Notes under the pieces: model-generated
Seen by the model: the letters and a program-made list of their open reading frames with translations, nothing else
What the model was told of the DNA's origin: nothing
Database searches by the model: none
Position numbers and translations under genes: made by a program
Shown here: positions 13,068-25,814 of the stretch, piece after piece
Numbering within the stretch: position 1 is the stretch's first letter
Layout of the letters: every line of letters begins with the position of its first letter
NCBI GenBank assembly: GCA_052327205.1
Contig: CM126227.1
Location: forward strand, 41,168,001 to 41,232,000
From: Somniosus microcephalus
Taxonomy: Eukaryota
Direction: 5' to 3'
DNA length: 64,000 nucleotides

Positions 13068-13440
13068 AAGAAAGAACTTGCATTTATATAGTGCCTAAAG
13101 GACCTCAGGATGTCCTAAAATGCTTTACAGCCAATAACATACTTTTGAAGTGTAGGAAATGTGGCAGACAATTTGCGCACGGAAAGGTCTTACAAACAGC
13201 AAAGAAATAATGACCAGATAATCTGTTTTAGTGATGCTGGCTGAGGGATAAATATTAACCAGGACACCGAGGAGAACTTCCCTGCTCTTAGAGCTGTGGG
13301 ATCCACCGGAGAGGCCAGATGTCTCATTCTCTCGCTTTAACATCTCATCCGAAAGACAGCACCTCCGACAGTGCCGCACTCCCACAGTACTGTGCTCAAG
13401 TCTCTGGAGTGGGGCTTGAACTTACAACCTTTGGACTCAG
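13068..13440 (-). mobile_element. Deu-domain SINE (internally deleted)
   Basis: Reverse complement of the 36728 copy, from tail AAAGAAAGAACTTGCATTTATATAG to head GGGGCTTGAAC. Confidence 0.8.
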
Positions 13441-13655
13441 ATCACTATATATTAGGTCACTCTGTATATTAGATCACTCTATATATTATGTCAATCTATA
13501 TTATGTCAGTCTATAAATTAGGTCACTATATTAGGTCACTCAATATATTATGTCACTCGGTATGTTAGGTCACTCGGTATATTATGTCAATCTGTATATT
13601 ATGTCACTTGGTATATTAGGTCACTGTATAGATTAAGTCAATCTATATATGATAA
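13441..13655. repeat. AT-rich minisatellite, about 18-20 bp unit TATATTAGGTCACTC (left part)
   Basis: About 11 degenerate tandem units; the same unit resumes at 15047-15305. Confidence 0.85.
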
Positions 13656-13667
13656 CTTTTTGGGAGT

Positions 13668-15045
13668 TATCCACTACTCTTTGTGTGAAGAAGTGCTTTC
13701 TGACATCACCCCTGAGCGGCCTAGCTCTAATTTTAAGGTTATGTCTCTTTGTTCTACACTCCCCAACCAGGAGAAATAGTTTCTCTCTATTTACCCTATC
13801 AATTCCTTTAATCATTTTAAACACCTCAGTCAGATCACCCCTTAATCTTCTGTATTCAGGTGAAAACAAGCCTAGTCTATGCAACTTGTCTTCATAATTT
13901 AATCCTTTTAGTCTCGGTATCATTCTGGTGAATCTGCGCTGCACACTCTCCAACACCAATATGTCCTTCCTGAGGTGCAATGTCCAGAACTGAATACAGT
14001 GCTCCAGATGGGGTTTAACCAGAGTTTTATATAACTTCTACTGCTTTGTATTCCAGCCACTTTGAGATAAAGGCCAACATTCCGTTAGCCTTTTTGATTT
14101 TTTTTGTACCTGTCCACTAGCTTTTAGTGATTTCTTGGACCCCCTAAATCTCTGCTCCTCCACAGTTCCTAGCTTCTCACCATTTAAAAAAATCTCTGAT
14201 CTATCTTTCTTAGGTTCAAAGTGGATGACCTCACATTTCCCCATATTAAACTCCATCTGCCAGTTTTGCCCATCTCACTAAATCTATCAATGTCCCTTTG
14301 CAACTTTCTGTTCCCATCTACACTATTTACTGTGCCACCTAACTTAGTGTTGTCAGCAAACTTGAATATAAAGTTCTCTATTACTTCGAGTAAGTCATTT
14401 ATAAATATAGAGTGAAAAATTGAGGTCCCAGTTCAGATCCCTGGGGGACACTAGTCACATCCTGCCAATTTGAGTACATAACCATTATTCCTACTCTCTA
14501 TCTCCTACCTCCTAACCAATTCCCTATTTATGTCAATAGATTACCTTCAATTCCACACGCTCCCATTTTTGTTAATAACAGTCACTTGTGCCTTCTGTTG
14601 CCTAGGCCCTAAGCTCTGGAATTTCCTGCCTAAACCTCTCCACCTCTCTTTCCTCCTTTAAGACAATCCTTAAAACCTACCTCTTTGACCAAGCTTTTGG
14701 TCACCTGCCCTAATTTCTCCTTATGTGGCTCAGTGTCAAATTTTTTGTCTTATAATACTCCTGTGAAGTGCCTTGGGACATTTTACTATGTTAAAGGTGC
14801 TATATAAATGTAAGTTGTTGTTGTTGGAACCTTATCGAATGCCTTCCGGAAGTCCGTATAAATAACATCCATAGACACTCCCTTATCTACAACTTTAATT
14901 ACCTCCTCAAAAAGTCTAACTAGGTTAGTTAGACATAACTTACCCTTTACAAGTCCATGTTGGCTTCCTCTGATCAGTTCATATTTGTCCAAGCGCACTG
15001 TCACTCTGTCCCTAATAATAGATTCTAGTAACTTCCCCACAACAC
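13668..15045 (-). mobile_element. CR1 (HER1-like) LINE fragment, degraded, inserted into the minisatellite
   Basis: - strand peptides DFRKAFDKVP, FNMGKCEVIHF, LESVQRRFTRMIP, RRLRGDL, KHFFTQRVV. Confidence 0.92.
14585..14826 (+). mobile_element. L2 LINE 3' end nested in the CR1
   Basis: CTCTGGAATTTCCTGCC...CTTAAAACCTACCTCTTT...GGTGCTATATAAATGTAAG with a (GTT)n tail; opposite orientation to the host CR1. Confidence 0.75.
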
Positions 15046-15046
15046 A

Positions 15047-15305
15047 CAGTATATTAGGGTACTCTATATATTAATGCAGTGGGTATGTTAGACTACACTG
15101 TATAATAGGTCAATCTGCATATTAGTCACTCTATATATTATGTCAGTCTATATTATTCAGACTATAAATTAGGTCACTATATATTCGGTCACTCGGTATA
15201 TTATGTCACTCTATATATTCGGCCACTATATACAGTATTATGTCAGTCTATATATTAGGTGACTGTATATTATGTCAGTCTATATATTAAGTCACTTTGT
15301 ATATT
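15047..15305. repeat. AT-rich minisatellite (right part), abutting the TMEM218 promoter
   Basis: Same TATATTA(G/T)GTCA(C/G)TC unit as 13441-13655. Confidence 0.85.
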
Positions 15306-15334
15306 GGTGTTTCTCTCCTGTTGAACGCAGACTC

Positions 15335-15491
15335 CTTCCGTTACTAAGGGCTGCCTAACCTGTCAGTATCGGCGGCTCCTATTGGTCGCTGTGCAGTCTT
15401 GCCCAATGGCAGTGGCGGATGCTGCGGCGTGCGGCTGTGCGTTGCTAGGGCCGAAGCGCCAGGTCTGTGATTTTTTTTCACTCGGGGAAAG
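15335..15491 (+). promoter_or_regulatory. TMEM218: Probable TMEM218 CpG promoter and non-coding exon 1
   Basis: Short CpG-rich island; CCAAT boxes (ATTGG 15381, CCAAT 15403); RFX X-box half-sites GTTACTAAGG (15340) and GTTGCTAGGG (15441); splice donor AAG|GTGAGC after 15491. The ATG exon has its own acceptor at 18389/18390, so an upstream exon is required. Confidence 0.72.
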
Positions 15492-15589
15492 GTGAGCGGT
15501 GGCGGGGCCGCGGTGGTTAGCAGGCACCGGGACCCGGGCTTTGGGCACGGTACTCTGAGAGGGGTCAAGTGTCGGCGAACCCTCCCATT

Positions 15590-17100
15590 ATTAAATATTG
15601 TTGTTGGTCTCTGCAGGCCGAAGCCTCACAGGTGGGGTTATTCTCTTTGAAAGGGGCAGGGGTGGGGGAGGAGGTGAACAGATTGGTGTTGCATCTCCTG
15701 CACTTGCACGGGAAGGGACCAGAAAAATGCAGCAGATTGAGGGGTGGTGGAAGATTGTCCCAGAGGGAACGGACCCTTCAGGAAGCAGAGGGGAAGATGT
15801 GCTTGGCGGTGGAATCAAGTTGGTGAAACTCGTGGGGTGGAAAGTAAGGACAAGGGGGACCTCATCTTGGGTGAGAGCAGAAGTACATGTAATAGGATGC
15901 ACATGTTCTAGGGTGCTGTCCACCACCACTGGGGGTGGGACGACATTTCAGAAACTCTGGTATGAGAGTTGGTATCATAACAGATTCAACAGAGATGGAG
16001 AAAGAAATGGAATCCTTAAAGGAAGCAAGGTGGGAACAATTATAATCCAGGCAGTTGTGGGAATTAGTGGGCATGTAATAGATATCTGTGGAAAGCCATC
16101 CCTTAAGATAGACACAACAGTACTAGAAGGGAAGGGAAGACTCTGAAATGGACCATGTAATGGTAAGGGATGGATGGAAGTTTGAAGCATAGTTAATGAA
16201 TGAAATTCTTGTGATCAGGACGGGAGCAAGAAGCAACACTGACACAGTTATTAATCATGAAAAAAGAGCTAGGAATGGCTCCTAAATAGGATTAGAACAA
16301 ATGATGATATTTTGTTGAGGCTGCCGCGGAACACGAATGGAGGCCGAACCGATCTGAGGAACACATGGCTTTTTATTACATTCTCTTGAGAGATGGCTGC
16401 CCCAGCTCTTCTCTGCTAAACCCGAAAACCGAAAGAGGGCGACGCCCGCGCTTTTGTGTACACACTGAGGGCGACGCCCGCTCCTTTGTCGTGCCTTAAA
16501 GGCAGCATGCTTCTTAAAGGCAAGGTGCCCGATTTATTGTCCACGGACAGAAAAGTGGATTGCGCCCGTTTAGGTGGCGATCTGCCACAATTTAAAATAT
16601 TATACAAAAAGACAAGAATAGCGAGGATCCATCTGGGCTCCCATAACAACACCTTTTACCTAGAGGAAGTGAGTGGAGTTAAATTAAAAGTTTTTTAATG
16701 TGAGAACAAGTTCAGCCAGGCGGTGAAGGGTGGTGGTGGATGGGGACAGGCGGGCCATTGTTCAAGTAAGTTGTGGAGGGCTGCAGATTGTCCTGACGAG
16801 GGATGGAGGTGTAGAGAGACTGGGGGTAAAATTCAACTTTGACAAAACGGGCGGTAGTGGATCAGTTGCTTGTTTAACACACTCACAGGAGAGGAAAATC
16901 AGGCAGGGTGTATAACGGGCGGGTAATTCGCTGTCACTTGTTTTGCACACCTGCCGAAATTCCATTATACCCCCTGTATAAGGAAAATGAGATGGTTGGG
17001 TTGGATAAACAGAATTTGTTCAAGTGGCAGAAGATTTTAGAAAAATTATAGATGTAGGTAGGGACTGAACAAGGTGGGGGGAAAGAGAGTTAAAATAGAA
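15590..17100 (-). mobile_element. Penelope-like retroelement remnant, split by a solo LTR
   Basis: - strand peptides with stops: TTTLHRLAELVLTL..F.FNSTHFL.VKGVVMG...RYSCLFV (RT), PTNSHNCLDYNCSH..SFKDSI and VPLVLTFHP, characteristic of Penelope RT C-terminus. Confidence 0.8.
16313..16589 (-). mobile_element. Solo LTR (277 bp) with 4-bp TSD ATTT
   Basis: TG at 16313, CA at 16588-16589; ATTT at 16309-16312 and 16590-16593; AATAAA on -; internal direct repeat GAGGGCGACGCCCGC; CpG-rich. Confidence 0.8.
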
Positions 17101-17231
17101 ATGTTATTGTCTTGACAATTTGAAGTTTCTTGAAGAGGCACTATCCTCATGTCTGGCAAATCCTTTTCCATTGTTTACAGACAGATGACATAAGAAATTA
17201 CTTCAAAATGCATCACTGTCACTTGCATGTG

Positions 17232-17500
17232 ATAATTGGTCCAGGCAGCGGGTGGTCGAGGGGGTCGTTCGGCCCGATTGCCTGCCTCTCTTCCGCAGCC
17301 ATGTTCGCGCCCGGGTGGCCCTGGAGATGGAGCACGCGGTGTCCACCGGCACACTTGAGGCCTTCCGCGACCGGTGGGCGCCGCGGGGACTGGAGTGCAT
17401 CATCAATCCGGACAACCAAATTTTAATTTAATTTGTTAAGTTTTATTTAACGTTTTATTAATTTACAGTCAATTTGTTTTAAGTATGCATCAAAAGAGTA
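17232..17500 (+). mobile_element. Tx1-type (L1 clade) LINE 3' end
   Basis: Encodes NWSRQRVVEGVVRPDCLPLFRSHVRARVALEMEHAVSTGTLEAFRDRWAPRGLECIINPDNQILI-stop, then a T-rich UTR; the end matches the 46019 copy. Confidence 0.7.
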
Positions 17501-18283
17501 CACACAGTTCATCTCCCTTTGATAGAATGAGGTTTATAAACAATTGTCCTTCAAACTGTTCCTAGTGTTTGAGGCATGCATTTATCCCATGCTTTGGGTC
17601 TCTCGACCTGTTCAATAGCAATGAGTGGGATGGAATTTCTTTGCAGCTGGTATTTTGACAAAGTGTGCAAAGAAATGGGGACTGATACAGCTATGATGCA
17701 TTCTTTATTGTATTGAAAAGCTAATTGAAATAGCATTTCAAATAAAAACTGTGTGAAACAACATTAATTTCTAAAGATTGCTGTCAATAGGCCTGAAAGT
17801 ATTCAGCTAACATACAGTGCCTCTTCATTGTAGTTTGTTTATTTTTGGAACCCTGTATATGTCAAGCTAGATCATAAGTTCTTTCAAAATAGCAATTTCC
17901 TATATCAAACATTCTTCTCTGTACAAAAGCTTGCCCATCCAACCAAGTACTTTTCAGGTTATAAATACATGCCATGAAAACTTGCAACCAAGTTCCTTCC
18001 TGTTAGTGTAATGAGGCAATATTGTCAGCAGATTTCCCTTCAGGGCGAACTGCTTGCTTGCACCATCGGGGAGAAACACGGAGTGGAGTTTAGGCAGTCC
18101 TTTCCCTTCAGGAAGATCAGAAAGTAAGGAGGAATTCCTGGCTAGTCACGCACACTACTCAGTCGCCTGCTCAAGGCTGTCTGCTCCTGCTATGTTAGCT
18201 AATAAATGGTGCGTAGCAAAAAGAAACTTGAAGAAAAGGGAGAAAGAAAATTAATTAAAAGTACGATGGGAGAAAGCCACTGA

Positions 18284-18511
<228 letters not shown>

Positions 18512-19084
18512 TAAGGCACTTAATTTACTGCTTAAGGCTTCTACTTAAATGTAAGGTTGAGCACATTTGGGATTCTGCCTCTGCTTTGGGATTATTATTT
18601 TGGAATTTAGCTTCAGATGAATCTAATTGCATCAAACTTAGCCCAACTTTTAGTTTTCTCCATAGATGTACCTGTCTGAAGCAATTTATCCGTCCAAAGC
18701 TGAGGCCATGAACCAAATGCTCAGTTTTAGACTGAGCTGGTTTCATTCTAAAGTTTATTTTATACAGAGGCCATGTTAATTTTTAAGAAAGTAGAAGTTG
18801 TCCCTTTAAATTACTATAAAGGTGTAGCGGAGGTGACTTTATTGGTGATCTGATTTGAAAAATACCCTAAACCAGCAGTTATCAAACTTTCTCACAACGG
18901 ATCTACCATTTAAAATGTTTTCTTTCATTTTCTTTGCTTCTATTTTTCATTTTCTTTTACTTACCTTGTGTTTCTTTGTCTCTATCCACTTCTCTCCTCC
19001 CTCAGTCATGTCTGTTTCTCTCCTCTTCATTTGACTCTTTCTATACTTTCATTGGAGTACAGGGCACGAGCCAGGACCGCTGCA

Positions 19085-19260
19085 TAGTTAGCACACACAC
19101 AGCAAGCATGAATGGATCAAGCCATGGAACAAGGAGCATAGAGCATAGAAAGTGGGAGTGAATGGGTCAAGTCACGGAACAAGGAGCAGAGAGAGCTGGA
19201 GAGAGTGGGTCAGGCCACGGAGCAACAGACACAGACAGTGGGAGGGAATGGGTCCAGTCA
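19085..19260. repeat. Degenerate tandem repeat (about 40-50 bp unit) inside a probable old hAT-like MITE
   Basis: GAATGG.TCAAG.CA.GGAACAAGGAGCA recurs about 4 times; flanking CAGCAGTTATCAAACT (18873) and AGTTGACAACCA (about 20085) resemble hAT ends. Confidence 0.5.
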
Positions 19261-20175
19261 GTGTTGTCTAATACAAGTTGCTAACTAGCCACAGGTGTGG
19301 CTACAGTGACACAGTTTTGGCTGCTTGCAATCATTTTAGTAGAAAACCCCTTAATACACTCACATAATACATGTACTGTAAGTATGCTTCACATGTATAT
19401 TTATTTAACAAACATTTACCACCGTTCAGTAACCAAGAAGTAAATCACTCACAATGATCAAAAAACACACACACACACACACACACTCTGATTTTCATCA
19501 TACCATTTGACCAACAAATGCAAAAAAATGTTAAAGTTCACATGCATATACCGGACGAATGAGTGTTGAGATCACATCCCCAAGGACGGTATCCATTACT
19601 CCTTTTTTAATTACATAATAAGAAATGCAATTCACTAAATCTGGATTTGCAATTAGCCATATGTAGCTAGTGGTTAATGTATTGGACGACACTGGGTCAA
19701 ACCCCTGATCAAGTAGAATAGAGAGCGGGAGTGGGATTGAGCTGCTTAGAAAGGAGCACAGCGAGAACAATGGCACAGGTCAGGGCTGTGGAAAGAATAC
19801 GCAGCAGGACTGGGGTTGGGCCGCTGTACGAGGAACATAGAGTGGGAGAGAACGGGTCATGGTAATGGAAGGAGCACAGAAAGCAGACCATAAGAACTTC
19901 TGAAAGAGCAAAAATTAACAAAAAGAAAAATAAACACGCATGACTGAAGGGGAGAAGCTTGGATTGACTGACTCAAACTGCAATCAATTATCAGGAACCA
20001 GAGTAACATCAGTGTTGTACCAGTTTTGTTTGAGTTAAATTTATCTTCAGCTCATTGATTTTGGTTCTCCGAGCCCCTCACTAGTTGACAACCAGTACAA
20101 TAAAGGGTGTTCTGCAGTATCATCTGTTGTGTACTACAGATTCAATAGAAATATCTTGTGTATTATTTTATGTAG

Positions 20176-20281
20176 CTGGCTTTCGATTATATTGGTTTTC
20201 CTCCTTGCATTGATGATCACCATGATCCTCATCTTCTTTCCTCGCGCCAAGGAAACACCTGAGCCAGTGACTGAAGCTGTG
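20176..20281 (+). CDS. TMEM218: TMEM218 coding exon 2 (106 nt)
   Basis: Acceptor TGTAG; completes Gly then WLSIILVFLLALMITMILIFFPRAKETPEPVTEAV (conserved FPRA..P.P); donor GTAAGA at 20282 (phase 0). Confidence 0.95.
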
Positions 20282-20967
20282 GTAAGAACAGTGCTTGTAT
20301 CTGTTGCGTTATATTACCTTTCATAGCCTGCCCCTGAGCTTTTATTAAAAACAATGAACCGTGTGCAAGGAACAGAACCTTATCAAGCCTCAGGCAGACC
20401 CATTTTTCACATAAGCAGTGCACAACATATTGATTTCAGTGAAAGATGAAGTACTGTACCTGCAGCATAAATCCAGGCAAAACTCCCAAAAGAACAAATC
20501 AAAGGTTTAAACTAAAAGCAAACTAAACCCCAGCAGTAAAATGATTCCCTTCACTATATCACTCCCTCGCTCAATCCATTTAATTACAGTGAGTGCTTCT
20601 GGGCTCCTATGTATTTCTCTGGTCAGAGCATCAAGACTCACTTATTGAGGTCGCTTGAGTTGCTTTGACCTCTAGTCATCGATTTATAAATTAGTCAGCA
20701 CATCAGAACCCCAGATTAGGATGAGAATTTTATTGTAAACCAATCTTTTTTTTCCCTGATGTCTTCTCGATCTTCCCTGATATTTTCCCTTTTTTTTAAA
20801 ATTGAGAAACCTAGGTTGGAGGCTAGTATGAAAGGAAGACTCGCTTATCAGATGAGAAACTTTCTTTCTATCCTGACTTGGACTTGGGGGTGCAAGTGAA
20901 GTACCATAAGAGTCACCCACATAGTGGAGCATTATCTGAGTCCTGGATGGACCTGGGGTTTTTGGAG

Positions 20968-21240
20968 CAATGGTTTTCAAACGTTTCTCTTTGGGGCACC
21001 TCCAAGAAAATACTGACATTCCCAGAGACCCACCTCCCTCCCATCCTAATTTCCATAAGACCGTGTCAGCTACCCAAAAGAAAAATAGTGCAATAATTGC
21101 AGAAAACATTATAATAAGTATACAGTAACAGAAATAACATGCCAGTAAGGCAACAAAAACAAAATGAAATCTGATGACCTATTGAGATAAGTATGAAGAT
21201 GTTGGAATCCCATCAAGGGATCCCGGTTTGAAAACGTGAT
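20968..21240. mobile_element. Small hAT-like MITE
   Basis: CAATGGTTTTCAAAC at left, GTTTGAAAAC at right in inverted orientation. Confidence 0.5.
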
Positions 21241-22054
21241 TATAAATAATTAACAGCTGTTGAGGGGAAAATATGTACTTGGCAAGAAAGAGGATCGGGT
21301 GTAGAGGTTCCATCTGAGATCAGAGTAGAGAAGAATTTCAACAATGAAAAAGACTAAGGATGGAGCAATCACAAGTAAGGGATGGCAGCTATTGGCTGCA
21401 ATTGTGAGAGATACAAAGAAACGACATCTTCAAAGAATTGAAAGAATCAAGATTTTCATTAACCCATTGAAGAGCTTGCAGGAGATGAAGATGCAATGGT
21501 TCACCTATTGCACTGGGAGAGGAATGAAGTTTGTGCCCTGAGGGGGTGTGATTTGAAAGAAGTTGATGAATGTAGAGTAGAATCAAAAGCAAAAGATTGG
21601 GTTGGATGATGAGTGGAGGAGCTCATTGATGTGGAGAAGGAACAGCATGACAGAGCCTGGAGGAACCTGGGCTGATGCAGAGTCTGAGAAATGAGCCATC
21701 AACTGTATCACAGATACAGATTTTTTTTTTTTTGAGAGGAAACTTAGGCAGGTGATCTTAGAAATACTCGCTGTTAGACCATGTTAGAAAGCCTTGGAGA
21801 TGTCTAAGTTGATGACAAAGGAATTACCAAAGTGTTTGAGAGCACAGTTTTAGAGGCATGTAACACGGGCAGAATGTCACTAATGGTATGCTTGTACTAA
21901 ACACTATCCTGGTGATCATGTTTGAGTAGCTTTATTACAGTAATAATGTTATATTCAGCATCGTAATGCATGAGCTGCAAACAAACAAAACCAGTTGCCC
22001 AGGGAGAGAGGAATTTTCCTCTTATCTGTTGACGCTCTCTCTCTCTCTTATATA

Positions 22055-22358
22055 CAGGAAACTTTGTGCTATCCGGCACCGACGGGACCGAGCTGTTGCC
22101 GTTCCCTCAAAACTGCCGGACAAACCAGCGTTAATGTTGAAAGATACGGAAGCTTCTGAGCTCCGTATCTGTCAACAAACCCTGTAACAGCTTCTAAACA
22201 GTCCAAGCGTCTCTGTAGCTTAGCAACAGCTTCAGCAGAGCTTGACTGTTGAGGAAAAAAGCAACGAGAAAAAAAAACCTAACGAAAACGGCTCCTGATT
22301 TTTGCCGGTGGCTCGAGCATTCCGGACAGTTAGCCTCCGGATAACACAAAGTTTCCTG
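22055..22358. mobile_element. Tc1/mariner (pogo/Tigger-like) MITE, 304 bp
   Basis: TA|CAGGAAACTTTGTGCTATCCGG ... CCGGATAACACAAAGTTTCCTG|TA; related copies at 42010, 42503 and 61035. Confidence 0.88.
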
Positions 22359-24841
22359 TACATTGCTCTAGAATCTGCCTCGTTTACACTACAGAACATA
22401 ATTCAGAGCACGGATGTCAACTGAGAAACGGCTGTGCCTGTGCTTTCAAAAGATGATTGTGACTTCAACTTTTCTGGCCATTCTGTAGTCAGTGCTTCCA
22501 GCGGCATCTGTTTATACAGTATCACTGCCCCGGAGGAGGCTCAGAAAACCACCTCTGACATGGTTCTCGGTGCTGACAGTCTCGACACTGTAATGTAAAG
22601 ATGATGAGCACCTGGGACTGGCTGCAGCCGTCTTTCTGGAAGTGGATGTGTATGCTTGACTGGCATGTTGAAAGTTCCTCTTTGGTATTTGGGTCAACCA
22701 AAGGCGAAGAGTTAGGTACAGGGTGTCATAGAAAAATATACAAGATCTTAAAAATAAAAGCCCCACAAAATGGGAATAATTTAGCCTGACTAATGTAGTT
22801 CACTAACTGACTGCAACACCACCTCCAGCTGATCAGATGTGAAATTTTACAAACCTGACATTAAAACAGAACTGTGTTGCAGTGAGCCTCAGCTAACTTC
22901 CACCTATGATCAAATAATAACAGTACCATGGTACCAATTAGCAGGGCACAGGGCAGGACCTCTACTCGCGAGCCAATGAGCTATTAATATTACATAGCCC
23001 AAGCTCTGTGTACTGCTCACAGTACCAGGCCCCACTAATTGGCTCATTAAAGAATGAGGTGTGTTAAACGAGCGCCCTTCTAGTCCACAGGAGATTTGTT
23101 CTGGCGCTGAGGTGGAGTTTATTCTTCCTCGACATCTTCGTAGTGTATCAAGCCCCTTGTATTGCTGCACTAGAGCACGCAGCCAAACCCTCCTGCAGGG
23201 GCAATGATTAGCATTCGTTAGCATTCTTTCTCTCCCCTCTCTCTCTGCCTGTTCTGCTCTCAAATCTAATTAATATTTTAGACCGCACATAAAGTTGAAG
23301 ATTTGCATGCTAACATTACTTAGAAATTTCAAGTAAAGTGTTCTTTAAAGTGGGTTTGCAAGTGCAGCACCAATTTTCTTTGGTGAGTCACATGTAAATG
23401 TTTCTGCAGATCAATGCTTGTCAGCTCAATCATATAAAGGTACGTGATCAAAATGCTGCTGGTATTAGGACACGGATGTTTTCACGTAAAATTCAGTTAA
23501 GACATTTTTTGTATTTGTGCAGTATGAAAATTACGACGCTACTGGGGTGAATTCACCGCTGTTTTTTCACGATATGTTTGAACATAGAAGGCCCATTTGA
23601 TCTCATTGTTCCAGAATATAGACACCTCCCATCTTTCCATTTTAATGAATGCAGTGTCCTGGCTTCAACCATCCATCCAGACAACCTGATCAGCTGTTGG
23701 TCACCCTCTGTTATATACAGGTTCTGTTACCTCGCACATGAGGGTTTATGATCTGTGCTCCTCTCTTCCCAACCCGCAACCCACCCCCCGCACCACCTAC
23801 CCACCCAATGAATCAAATTCAAATTGCTGAACAACTTCTGTTTTTTGAGAGGGGGAGTTCTTTCTTTCATAAATCTGGGGTTTTATATTTTTTTCTTTAT
23901 CCTGTTTGAGTTTTCTTCCCTGCTCTCCTGAAGGTGGAGACTTTTCCTAGGATATAGATTGTGATTAGCACAACCAGTCATTGACATTGGTTTAATGTCA
24001 AGTTCAAAAGGCAGCCATCCGCATTTAACTGCATTTTAGTCTCCCTGCAGATCCCTATAAGCCCACAGATCAGTCACCTGCAGACGGTTGGTTGTTCTGC
24101 TGCTGACTGCCCTCCTTAGTACAAACAGCCGGATCTGTAGGTCTCCGACATTGTTAGCCAATGAGAATGTAGGTCTGTGGTTGTACCATCGGATTAAGGT
24201 CCCTGTTCCAGCGGATTAAATATGTAGAGCCAATCCTGCGCAATTGCACCCCGGATCTCTATTACTGAGGAGCTCAGCACGCTTACGGAGACCCCAGTGC
24301 TCCAAGTATGTAAAAGTGTGAGTACGGCCCCCAACTAAAACAAGAACAAAAGAATCCAGCAAGTTTAAAGACAACATCAAATAGTTTAGTTGGGGTTTGA
24401 ACTCACACCGTGCATGTTCAGGAGTAGCTCTAAGCTCGCAACTAACTAAGCTACCGTCACTGACGTCAGTGCAGTTCGTGGTGTTATCATCGTTCAAAAT
24501 AGCAACTGCAAGTTTAAACATTTTTTTTCCACTTTAAACCCTCAATTAATGTTCTATTTTCTGGGGTTTATTTAATGCGTTTGCACCAAGTTTCTCTCTG
24601 TGCTTTCTTAACATAGTTTAACAGGTACATCTCTGGGTTTCAAAAAAACACCCGCAGGAATGTAGTACAAGTGCTTTAAATGTTTGTACAGGAACACTGC
24701 CCGTCAGAAAATATACCCTCCCCCCCCCCCCCCCCCCACCCCGGTAGTCTGGACTATTTCAGTATTGCTTAGATTTGATGGACATTTAGGAAGTTCTGGC
24801 TGTTTAAAATTTATTTGAATAGTTTGTGGCCAGAGTTTATA

Positions 24842-25742
24842 GGGTCGATTTTCCCAAAGCTGTCGGGAAGAAGGTGGGACTTCAACTTTCGGGTTTTTGA
24901 CCCGCCTACATCGACGTCCGGCCAATCCGCGCGATTTCCCTTTGATTGACCTTGTTGAGCCCGCCCAGCGGGCTCAGCAGGCCAATTAAGGGCCACCCGG
25001 CAACAGTTGACGTCACAGACTGCAATTTCATCTGTCAAGAGTTCTTGACAGATGAAATATCAGTGTTTCACAGCTGTTTGAAGCTGCCAAACACTGACCG
25101 TCTGAGTTCTGACATGAGTCCTTCTGCACAGACTCAGTTAGAACTCTCAGCAGCACTCAAAGCTGAAGGCTGTCACTTTTCACAGATCGCAGCTGTTCAA
25201 CTTTAAGTGCCGGCTGAGTGATGCGCTCCCGACGCCTACAGGAAGAAAGGCTGTTAAGGCAAGTACAGGTAAGTAAAAGTTCTTTACACACTTACCTTTG
25301 CACTCATGCACCCATCACTCACCTGAGCGCCGACATCGCGACCCCTTCAACCCGACGGCCCGCCTGCTCTAACCTGGCGTGGTTTGGAGCCGTCGGGAAA
25401 CCTAGACGAAACCCCTCAAAATAGGGATTAGGCTGAAAACTGCCTGTTAACTACCTGTTAGTTAATGCAGGGAGGATGTTTCCCCTGGCTGGGGAGTCTA
25501 GAACCAGGGGTCACAGTCTCAGAATAAGGGGTCAGCCATTTAGGACTGAGATTAGTTAATTGGCACTAATCCTTTCCCGCCTGGTTTCGGCGGGTCCCAG
25601 TGCGGGGCGGGTACCCGCCGCCCCATAAACTTGCGTGGGGCGGGGTTTTGGGCGGGATGGTGTCGGGACCCCCAAATTCGGGATTTCCCCCCGCCCCCCC
25701 ACGCCTGAAACCCTGCCTGACGGCTCCAGGAAAATCTAGCCC
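24842..25742. mobile_element. Harbinger-like MITE (about 900 bp) carrying an 88-bp inserted CR1 piece
   Basis: TIRs GGGTCGATTTTCC and GGAAAATCTAGCCC; CpG-rich subterminal regions like the 6970 element. Confidence 0.7.
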
Positions 25743-25814
25743 GATGTGTCTAGACTTGGCCATTCATTTTGTTATTAATCAGATATTGAGATGAGAACAT
25801 CACTTAAGGTGTCA

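Noticed and set aside
13441-13655. Regularly spaced short repeats as a CRISPR array
   Set aside because: Eukaryotic context, tandem degenerate units without unique spacers, no cas genes.
22450-22760. Possible extra TMEM218 exon or antisense exon
   Set aside because: Stops in the relevant frames; TMEM218 is already complete with the 32420 exon.
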